Shown: one piece after another, positions 1 to 7,200 of the stretch
Position numbering within the stretch: position 1 is the first letter of the stretch
Layout: each line of letters opens with the position of its first letter
Source: Myxococcota bacterium
GTDB lineage: Bacteria > Myxococcota > UBA4151
Length of the DNA: 11,291 nt
Assembly (NCBI GenBank): GCA_036338695.1
Contig: JAYZBQ010000090.1
Coordinates: forward strand, 1 to 11,291
Direction of reading: 5' to 3'
The notes under the pieces: model-generated
Told to the model about the DNA's origin: nothing
What the model saw: only the letters and a program-made list of their open reading frames with translations
Databases searched by the model: none
Made by a program: the position numbers and the translations under genes

Positions 1-1
1 C

Positions 2-52
2 GTAGACGGCATCGTGCGCGACATGAGCGTGTTGGCGCAGCTGCCGGACTAG
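2..52 (+). CDS. Probable 3' end of an upstream gene (partial; ...VDGIVRDMSVLAQLPD*)
   Basis: Frame is open from the window edge to TAG at 50-52 with mostly G/C third positions. Too short to assign a function. Confidence 0.4.
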   Translation, partial: VDGIVRDMSVLAQLPD

Positions 53-68
53 CGACGTAGCTGCGTCG

Positions 69-197
69 CTAATTCAGGAATGAGGCTTTGCCGGTCTCGA
101 AGTCGTCGATCGCGCCGACGATCGCAATTTCGCCGGCATCAAGCACTTCGCGTAGCACCGGGCTGGCCGCCGCGACGCATCCTATCTGCGGCCCCGC
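69..197 (-). pseudogene. C-terminal remnant of a beta-class carbonic anhydrase
   Basis: Minus strand reads AGPQIGCVAAASPVLREVLDAGEIAIVGAIDDFETGKASFLN* (TAG at 69-71). This resembles the beta-CA C-terminal pattern SPxLxxxxxxGxxxIVGAxYDxxTGxVxFL, recognised from memory. An in-frame TGA at 198-200 bounds it; there is no ATG and no zinc-binding CxDxR or HxxC motif. Confidence 0.6.
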
Positions 198-320
198 TCA
201 CCCGCGCGCCGCGACGCCTTGCTCGCCGCCTGACCCGCTGCTACCTCACGCCCCCACCACGACGCAGAATCGACGCCGTTTCTTTGGCCGGTGACGCGCA
301 TTTTGGCCATGCTCTCGCTC

Positions 321-845
321 ATGAAGCACATCGTTACGACGATCCTCTCCGCCCTCGCCCTGGCTGTCCTGAGCGCCTGCAGCGCGGGCGAGCCCGAGGT
401 TGCCGGCACCAGCGCGAGCGAGCCCAAGGTTGCCGGCGACAGCGCGAGCGAGCCCGAGGTTGCCGGCACCTACGAGCTCGACACCAACGAGATGGTCGAA
501 GCCATGATGGCCACCATGCCCAAGGAGCAGGCCGCTGCCGCCGAGCGGATGGTGGGGGCGATGAAGACCTTGAAGGGCACGATGACTCTGAAGGCCGACG
601 GCAGCTGCGAATTGTCGGTGTCAGGTATTGGCACCACGAGCGGCGAGGCCCGCGAAGAAAAGGGGACCGGCTCGTGGAAGCTAGACGGGGACAAATTTAG
701 CGTCACCGTCACAAAGGCATCCACCGACGGCGTCGAGGCTCGTGGCCGGGGGAAGACCATTGGCGGCACGCTCAAGGGCAAAACGCTGACGCTCACCGAC
801 AATTTGGGCCCCATGACGGTGGCGATGCCCTGGAAGAAGAAGTAG
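321..845 (+). CDS. Lipoprotein with a lipocalin-like beta-barrel domain
   Basis: ATG 321 gives MKHIVTTILSALALAVLSA-C, a type II signal peptide with lipobox LSAC (Cys codon 378-380). The mature part has VAGTYEL..., TMTLKADGSC, GTGSWKLDGDKFSV and GKTLTL strands typical of lipocalin-like bacterial lipoproteins. GC3 is high. The ORF track start (GTG 291) is less likely. Confidence 0.8.
   Translation: MKHIVTTILSALALAVLSACSAGEPEVAGTSASEPKVAGDSASEPEVAGTYELDTNEMVEAMMATMPKEQAAAAERMVGAMKTLKGTMTLKADGSCELSVSGIGTTSGEAREEKGTGSWKLDGDKFSVTVTKASTDGVEARGRGKTIGGTLKGKTLTLTDNLGPMTVAMPWKKK
381..470 (+). repeat. In-frame tandem repeat, 3 x 30 bp (SAGEPEVAGT / SASEPKVAGD / SASEPEVAGT)
   Basis: Units 381-410 agcgcgggcgagcccgaggttgccggcacc, 411-440 agcgcgagcgagcccaaggttgccggcgac, 441-470 agcgcgagcgagcccgaggttgccggcacc. 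Units 1 and 3 differ by one base. Confidence 0.95.
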
Positions 846-869
846 CCAACGGACGCGGCGCGCGGCCGG

Positions 870-977
870 CTTGAACGGCGGCGCTGGTTCTATCCATCCG
901 TCTGGCCGACCGACACAGTCACCCCGGTCGCACTCTCTTAGACCCCGTATGGATAGAACCAGCGCCCCCTGTTCAAG
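870..977. repeat. 108-bp intergenic element bounded by ~28-bp inverted repeats
   Basis: ggcgctggttctatccat (880-897) is the perfect reverse complement of atggatagaaccagcgcc (949-966). It is extended outward by cttgaac (870-876) / gttcaag (971-977) across a 3-nt versus 4-nt imperfect gap. The interior is 51 nt. Confidence 0.9.
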
Positions 978-1115
978 GAGTTCGGGGCGAGCTGATGCAC
1001 CCCGCTGCGGATCTTCGTCTGCTGGATGTCGCAGGGCCCTTGATCGAAACTCGCTGCCGCGTGTTCGGCTAGCGTTGGTGTAGATAGCCAGTCTAATCTG
1101 CTCTCCCGACAACTC

Positions 1116-4100
1116 GTGAGCTTTACGATGCAATCGACGCCCAACGATCTCATGTGTCGACGCGTTCCTCTGACGCTTCGTGTTCTTGCCGCCATCCCAA
1201 CGCTATGCGTGCTGTCCTCGCCGCTATTGACGGGTAGTTGCGGCTTCGGCAGCGCTGCCGTCGCAGGCACCGCCGCCAATGGTCAGAGCAACGCGAGCCC
1301 AGTGGTGGGCGATCTGTCTGTGGTGGACCCGACCGATCCAAGCCGGCGATCGGCAACCTCGCCGGCGCAGGTGCGCTTCCGGCTGACCGGTGAAAGCAGC
1401 AACTCGTCGTCGGTGAGCATCGAATACTCGATGGACGGTGGGATCAGCTACAGCCCGATCACTACCTCGACCAACATGATGGGGTTGGCTCCGGGCGACT
1501 ACCCTGTGGATTGGGATTACGCCGTAGACCTGGGCGATGAAACCTTCAGGAACGACGTCCAGCTACGCGCGACAGTCGACGGCGGCAACTCCGTGGTAGT
1601 GCCCCAGATCTCCATTGGTAACGACGCCCCGACGATCGACCCAACTGCGTTCACGCTCCCAGACCCTTTCCCCGAGCCCGAGGGTAACGTGCAGGTGGGC
1701 TTCGAGGTCTCAGACAGCGCCGGCGATCAAGTAGACATCCGCATCGAATTCAACCTCGACGCCGCCAGTGGCTTCCCCGAGGAGCGATGGCAGTTGGCAC
1801 GCTCGGTCGGCGTCGATGCTGGCAGCGACACCCCGTCATTCGCCCTGAACAACCTCGATCCGCCTGCGGATGGACAGCCGCTCTCCGCCGACTTCTTCTG
1901 GGAAAGCGCTTTCGATCCTGCCGGAAACCCTCTCGTGTCTGCGCAAATGGCATCCCTCGAATCCGACGTGAAGCTGCGCTTCCAGGCCGTGGACGCCTTC
2001 GGTGCGCATAGCGAGTGGGAGACGACGAATGTGTTTCGCATCGACAACAACCGACGTCCGCAACTGATCCTCAACGAAGTTGCCTTCCTCCTCGGAGCCA
2101 AAGATCGCGGCAACATCCCGATTCCATTGAAAATCTACGATGACGAGTCGGATGAAGTGCAGGTCGCGATTCAATGGAAGGCCGCAGGGGATGTGTTTCC
2201 AACGGCACGCAACATGGCTGGCCAAGAAGTCGATCTTGCGACGCTGAACGCGGAAGAGACCCGAGACCTGCTCGAGAACCCTCACCGAGAGCAAGACCGC
2301 CGCGACGCGCAGATCGCCCGCGAAGCCCCACCTTCATTCCAGGGGCGCCTTGGCACGCTCCACGTAGGCCTGCTCGACAATCAGGTGCAGCTCCCCGAAG
2401 TCGCCAGCAGCCAAGCGGGCCTGCTGGCGCTGGGCATCGAGGGGCGCACCTTGGAGATCCTACGCTCGAGCAAATTAGAGACCGTCGATTGGGGCATAAC
2501 TGGACCGGTGGATGTTCACATTCTCGGGCGAGGGAGCAGCGCCTTTATCCTGGAGCAGGACAGCGCAAATACCTGGAAGGTGTGGGAGAGGAAGCTCACG
2601 ACGGGCGAAGTCGTTACGACCGGAGGCTCGCCCCCCTCCTCGCCCTTCGCCTCGGGCAACGGCGCTCCGAAGTGCATGGATGTAGACCCCGCGGGCCGCA
2701 CCTTATACGTCGGCTCATCCACAGGTATATTTCGCTTCGACTTGTTAACGGGTCAACCTCTGGGCAACCCCATCAGCCATGGCTTCAGCGACAGCCTACG
2801 CTGCCTAGCAGCGCTCGGAGACCAAGTCGCTCTGGCAAGCGGCGACGTTATTAACAGCGCCGGGGAGAGCGTCGGCGAGTTGTGGCGATTTGATTTCTCT
2901 GCGGGCTCGCCAACCCCCAACGCAGTCTTGCTCTCGGAGCTGGCTACGCCATGGGGCTTGGCTGTAGACCCTTTGCGCGCGACGGCGGTCTACTTAGCTG
3001 AAAACTCATTTGATAACGGCGGCAGCAATCCAGCGGGCCGATTGGTCAGGGTGGACTTGGATCAGCTCGTGCTGGAGTCAATACCTGCGCTGGTCAGAGC
3101 CGAAGATGTGAGTGAGTTGAGTGCAACTCCCTTTCCCAGCCCGACGTTCATCGCATTCGAGGGGGCAGGCCGTGAGTTGCTGGTGATCACGCAGCAGGGC
3201 GCACTCCCGGACATGCGACGCCTAAACCTGCACAGGGCGCCTCCCTATGTCGAGCGAGTCGCTAGGTTTGATAGCTTGGTCGGCGGGCTCGCGACGGGCC
3301 CGGACAAGCTGGTGGTCGCAGCATTGCCTGGCATGAATCAGCTTGCGATCGGCGGCGGCGCCGCTCAGCGTCACTCGATCGTCACGTATGAACCGGCGAC
3401 CCAAGTCGCGACGCTTGATGGGGACGTGGATCCTGTCCCCGCGTCCGCCGATATGACGGAATGGCGAGTGCGGGCGCCATTTAGTGGCGTGGCAGGATCG
3501 CCCAACGGAGCGGACTTGTCCTTTGTATGGGATACTTCTGAGGTTCCGGATCCGGACGGGATCGAACTCCGTGTGACCGTGCAGGACGCCGACCCGGGAG
3601 CCCCTTCATTCTCAGCGGCCTCCAAAGCATACCGACCGGACTACGGACCGGGCGTGTCGATGCCTGCTGGGCCTTACCCTAGTTCTGTCGCCGCAGGCGA
3701 CCTGGATGGAGACGGAGACGCGGATCTCGCCGTGGCGAGCGTAACCGAAGACTTCCTGACGCTCTTCTTTCAGACGAGCCCGGGGGTCTTCGCGCCGTCG
3801 TCCGTAACGTTGCAGACTGGGGAGCAACCTCATTTCGTCGTCGCGGCGGACCTGGATGGCGACGGATACATGGATCTTGTCGCGGCGAACCAAGACAGCG
3901 CCGACCTGTCGCTCTTCTTCCAGAGCAGTACGCAACCGGGGACCTTTACTGCCCAAACGGTGGCGGTTGGAGGTGCTCAGTACGGCGTTGCAGCGGCAGA
4001 CCTAGATGGAGACGGGGACATGGATCTCGTGGTCCCGATTGCCACGAACGACCACCTGAAGATGATTATACAGGTCAGCCCAGGTGTCTTCGAGGCGGCA

Positions 4101-5774
4101 GGCACAGTGTTACCAGGTGGAAGTTTCCCTAATTCCGTAGCAGCGGCAGACCTGGATGGAGACGGAGACATCGACCTGGTGGCATCAAACCCATTTATCG
4201 ACAAGCTCGTGTTGTTGTTTCAGACGCAGCCGGGGGTCTTCACTGCTGCGACACCGTTGGCGACTGGACGCTATCCTCACGCCGTCGCCGCGGCGGATCT
4301 GGATGGAGACGGCGACATGGACTTGGTGACGGCGAACCGACTCGGCAGTGACCTGACGCTGTTTTCCCAAGGACAGCCAGGAGTCTTCGCTGCTGCAGGC
4401 TCGATACCTGTCGACAGGTTTGCTGAATCCGTCATTGCAGCCGACCTGGACGGGGACGGCGACATGGACTTGGTGTCGGCGAGTGGCGGATTTGACCCCC
4501 ACGTCGAACTGCTCTTCCAGACGCGTCCGGGGCACTTCACGGGCGCAGATAGGCAGTTGCTTACTGGATCAAATCCCCTGGACGTTGCTGCGGCTGACCT
4601 GGATGGAGACGGCGACATGGACTTGGTGGCGGTGACCAACGCAAACGGGCCGGTGCCAGGCGGAGACTTGATGATGTTCTTCCAGAGCGATGCGCTAGAT
4701 TTTTCTCCATCAATCGCACTGCTGTCGCCCGAAGGGCCTGCTCACATAGCCGCGGCGGACCTGGATGGAGACGGCGACACAGACCTGGTGTCGTCGAACG
4801 ACAACGACAGCCTGACGCTGTATTTCCAGACCAGCGCAGGCGTCTTCAATCGGTCCCCGGAGCCGTTGATCACTGGGTCACAACCTCGCGAAGTCGTCGC
4901 GGCAGACTTGGATCAAGACGGAGACATAGACCTCGTGTCGGTAAACGCGCTGGACTCGAACCTGACACCTTTCTTCCAAACGAGTCCCGGGGTCTTCACC
5001 CCAGCAGCGGCACCGTTGGCAACTGGCGCCTTTCCTGTATCGCTCGCTGCGGCAGACCTGGACGGGGACGGCGACATAGATCTCGTGACGGCGGACCTCA
5101 ACAACCAAACCCTGACGCTGTTATTCCAAAAGAATGAGGCGCCGGGGACCTTCGATAATGCGGTGTTACAGCTCGACACTGGGACGGGCCCTGTCGGTAC
5201 CGGACCTCTTTGCGTCGCCGCGGCGGATCTAGATGGAGACGGAGACACGGACCTCGTGGCAGGCAACCAAAGTGCCAACAATCTCAAGCTGTTCTTTCAG
5301 GATGACACGGACCCAGGGCAATTTGCGTCGTCAACCCAACAGCTAGATACTGCCAACTCGCCTTATTCCGTCACCGCGGCGGACCTGGATGGAGACGGAG
5401 ATATGGACCTCGTGTCGACGATTTCTCTGCAAAATCACCTCAAGGTGTTCTGGCAGACGGATACGGGGGTCTTCGATGCAGAAAGTTCAGAAGTACCTAC
5501 TGGTGCCCAAGGTAACTTTCGCTGTGCCGCGGTGGACTTAGACGGCGACAAGGATATGGACTTGGTATCAGCTAATATTAATTCTCAGTCCAGGAACCTA
5601 ACGCTGCTATATCAGACGCGCCCAGGTGTCTTCACGCTGGCACCGGCACCGTTGCTGACCGATGGCGCCCCCCAGTCCGTCACCGCGGCGGACCTAGATG
5701 GAGACGGAGACATGGACTTGGTGACGGCGAACTTATTCAGCGAAGTTGTGAATCTGTTCTTCGGCGGCAAATAG
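1116..5774 (+). CDS. Large exported (possibly lipid-anchored) protein: Ig-like modules, inserted beta-propeller, 14 FG-GAP/VCBS repeats
   Basis: 1552-codon ORF. The N-terminus is basic then hydrophobic, ending LLTGS-C (Cys codon 1239-1241, non-canonical lipobox). The C-terminal ~700 aa hold 14 copies of A(A/G/V)DLDxDx(D/Y)xDL(V/A). The true start may be ATG 1128 or ATG 1152 rather than GTG 1116. Confidence 0.9.
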   Translation: MSFTMQSTPNDLMCRRVPLTLRVLAAIPTLCVLSSPLLTGSCGFGSAAVAGTAANGQSNASPVVGDLSVVDPTDPSRRSATSPAQVRFRLTGESSNSSSVSIEYSMDGGISYSPITTSTNMMGLAPGDYPVDWDYAVDLGDETFRNDVQLRATVDGGNSVVVPQISIGNDAPTIDPTAFTLPDPFPEPEGNVQVGFEVSDSAGDQVDIRIEFNLDAASGFPEERWQLARSVGVDAGSDTPSFALNNLDPPADGQPLSADFFWESAFDPAGNPLVSAQMASLESDVKLRFQAVDAFGAHSEWETTNVFRIDNNRRPQLILNEVAFLLGAKDRGNIPIPLKIYDDESDEVQVAIQWKAAGDVFPTARNMAGQEVDLATLNAEETRDLLENPHREQDRRDAQIAREAPPSFQGRLGTLHVGLLDNQVQLPEVASSQAGLLALGIEGRTLEILRSSKLETVDWGITGPVDVHILGRGSSAFILEQDSANTWKVWERKLTTGEVVTTGGSPPSSPFASGNGAPKCMDVDPAGRTLYVGSSTGIFRFDLLTGQPLGNPISHGFSDSLRCLAALGDQVALASGDVINSAGESVGELWRFDFSAGSPTPNAVLLSELATPWGLAVDPLRATAVYLAENSFDNGGSNPAGRLVRVDLDQLVLESIPALVRAEDVSELSATPFPSPTFIAFEGAGRELLVITQQGALPDMRRLNLHRAPPYVERVARFDSLVGGLATGPDKLVVAALPGMNQLAIGGGAAQRHSIVTYEPATQVATLDGDVDPVPASADMTEWRVRAPFSGVAGSPNGADLSFVWDTSEVPDPDGIELRVTVQDADPGAPSFSAASKAYRPDYGPGVSMPAGPYPSSVAAGDLDGDGDADLAVASVTEDFLTLFFQTSPGVFAPSSVTLQTGEQPHFVVAADLDGDGYMDLVAANQDSADLSLFFQSSTQPGTFTAQTVAVGGAQYGVAAADLDGDGDMDLVVPIATNDHLKMIIQVSPGVFEAAGTVLPGGSFPNSVAAADLDGDGDIDLVASNPFIDKLVLLFQTQPGVFTAATPLATGRYPHAVAAADLDGDGDMDLVTANRLGSDLTLFSQGQPGVFAAAGSIPVDRFAESVIAADLDGDGDMDLVSASGGFDPHVELLFQTRPGHFTGADRQLLTGSNPLDVAAADLDGDGDMDLVAVTNANGPVPGGDLMMFFQSDALDFSPSIALLSPEGPAHIAAADLDGDGDTDLVSSNDNDSLTLYFQTSAGVFNRSPEPLITGSQPREVVAADLDQDGDIDLVSVNALDSNLTPFFQTSPGVFTPAAAPLATGAFPVSLAAADLDGDGDIDLVTADLNNQTLTLLFQKNEAPGTFDNAVLQLDTGTGPVGTGPLCVAAADLDGDGDTDLVAGNQSANNLKLFFQDDTDPGQFASSTQQLDTANSPYSVTAADLDGDGDMDLVSTISLQNHLKVFWQTDTGVFDAESSEVPTGAQGNFRCAAVDLDGDKDMDLVSANINSQSRNLTLLYQTRPGVFTLAPAPLLTDGAPQSVTAADLDGDGDMDLVTANLFSEVVNLFFGGK
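3642..5771 (+). repeat. 14 coding FG-GAP/VCBS repeats, period ~150 bp
   Basis: 14 DLDGDGDxDL-type motifs counted in the translation, most followed by L-x-L-(F/L)-(F/Y)-Q-T-x-P-G-V-F. At DNA level, 4299-4328 and 4599-4628 are identical 30-mers, and 5367-5401 versus 5676-5710 differ at 1 of 35 positions. Confidence 0.92.
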
Positions 5775-6030
5775 GGGCCCGAGTTCGCAGTGCAAGCGGC
5801 GAACACTGCCGACACGGACCCCAAAGTTCGACCACCAAGACGGTCCGCCCCTGATAGGCGCCCGCCAACTCCGGCCACGCGCTCTGCCGGCTGGACGCTC
5901 TGCCCGGATCTACCGTCTCAGCTCACACCCGCGGAGGCGCGCTGACGCGCATGCTTGACGCGCGCTCACGCGTGGCAGCGCGGTCACACGGCGCCGCCAG
6001 CGCCTGAATTCGCCGCGGTTCCACGTCGCG

Positions 6031-7032
6031 CCAGTAGCCTCCGGTCGCGAGCAGGCCGTTGGAAGTCGAGAACGTCAGCGTGCTGCCTGGGTCCAACGCA
6101 GCGCAGGCGCTCTGTGCGGAGATTTCGAAGCTTACTAGGTTCGGGGTGTTGGGCACCGACCAGGACATCGAGCTCGCGCCGCCAGCCGCGGCCTGCGAGC
6201 AGACGCCGTGGACGGTGTTGGTGCAGGGCATCTCGACGAAACGTCTCGATCACCGATGTTGCCCTCGTCGGCCTTGGCCTCGCTGGGGGCTCAGGCTGCG
6301 CCGTAGGGCGTAGCTCAGCCCAGAGTCAGGCGGGGCGTCGCGTCAAGGTTGGGAGCGTAGCCAGTGGCCTCTCGGTCGGCGTTGAAGCTCAGCGTCCCGC
6401 CGCATCCGAGCATGACGGTGACCTCCTGTGGCTGGCCCTGCACCTTCTGGTAGACCTGGAGCGTGCCTCCAAACTCGGCGCCCACCGTGTAGCGGATGCG
6501 ACCGCCGAGACCGAGCATCTTGAGCTGTGCTGGCATGAGGCGGGGAGCGCCGTCTCGGTAGTAGTAGAACGAAGAGCCGGTTCGCAGGCAGTGACCCCGC
6601 TGCTGAAAGGCATGAATCTCGATGCTTTGCATCGTATCGAATTTCGCGCCGCTCCAGTGGGCGAGGACGGAGCCGGGTTCCATCGCTAACGGGGCGCCCG
6701 GGATGAGCTCAGCCCTTCCTTGCACGATCGTGTTGGGCTGCGCTGGCGACACCGAGCACACTGAGCAGTTGCAATACATCGTCATGATCAAGACCTCTTT
6801 GCGACCATGGTAGTCCTACGGATAGGCGAAGCAAATTGCGGCCTCGACCACCTGAACCTCACCACCACGACGCCACGTCGCCGCCGATTCTCTGGCCTGC
6901 GACGCGCGTGGTGACTTGCTCTACGTCGACCGTGTCGCAGTTCACGGCGTTGATGAGGTCATGCACTGCCCCTACCGCGTATTCGTATGGCTCGCGCGAA
7001 GGCGACCCGCGCGCAAGGAGACTCCGATGGCA
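6031..7032 (-). pseudogene. Probable degraded gene for a secreted protein (fragments in several frames, including ORF 6315-6791)
   Basis: Protein-like GC3-rich minus-strand segments are separated by stops and frame changes: 7032-6859 (...YEYAVGAVHDLINAVNCDTVDVEQVTTRVAGQRIGGDV...), EVQVVEAAICFAYP*DYHGRKEV (TAG at 6816-6818) running into ORF 6791-6315, then *ATPYGAA*, then FVEMPC...SWSVPNTPNLVSFEISAQS...FSTSNGLLATGGY. ORF 6315-6791 could alternatively be a small intact hypothetical gene. Confidence 0.45.
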
Positions 7033-7200
7033 CTAGTCGACTACGAAGCAACCAACTAGGGGGTGTCCGCATCTACGGCGACGGCGGCAGAAGGATTCCG
7101 TAGACGGCGCGTTACGGCCGCGGAAGCCGGATAATGCACCGCCGACAACAAACTCCGCCCCTCCCCCCGCAGCGCGGATACACCAGCACCATGACCTAGG

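Noticed and set aside
870..977. Rho-independent terminator for the lipoprotein gene
   Set aside because: A 51-nt loop and no U-tract do not fit. It is kept as an unexplained inverted-repeat element instead.
80..1133. ORFs 80-700 (+), 88-294 (+), 182-469 (-), 470-814 (-), 681-1133 (-)
   Set aside because: They are Arg-rich off-frame or antisense shadows of the lipoprotein gene and the CA remnant.
3690..5730. Regular ~35-bp DNA repeats with unique intervening sequence, resembling a CRISPR array
   Set aside because: The repeats are in frame within a long ORF and vary mainly at third codon positions. The intervals (~110 nt) are themselves homologous, and there are no cas genes.
1116..5774. Diversity-generating retroelement target
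   Set aside because: No reverse transcriptase, and no template/variable repeat pair differing only at adenines, is visible in the window.
5783..5809. Alternative short hairpins after the giant gene (gttcgc/gcgaac and gcagtg/cactgc)
   Set aside because: Only 6-bp stems with no U-tract, which is expected by chance at this GC content.
5955..6689. 244-aa + strand ORF
   Set aside because: It is Arg/Ser-rich and antisense to the more protein-like minus-strand fragments.
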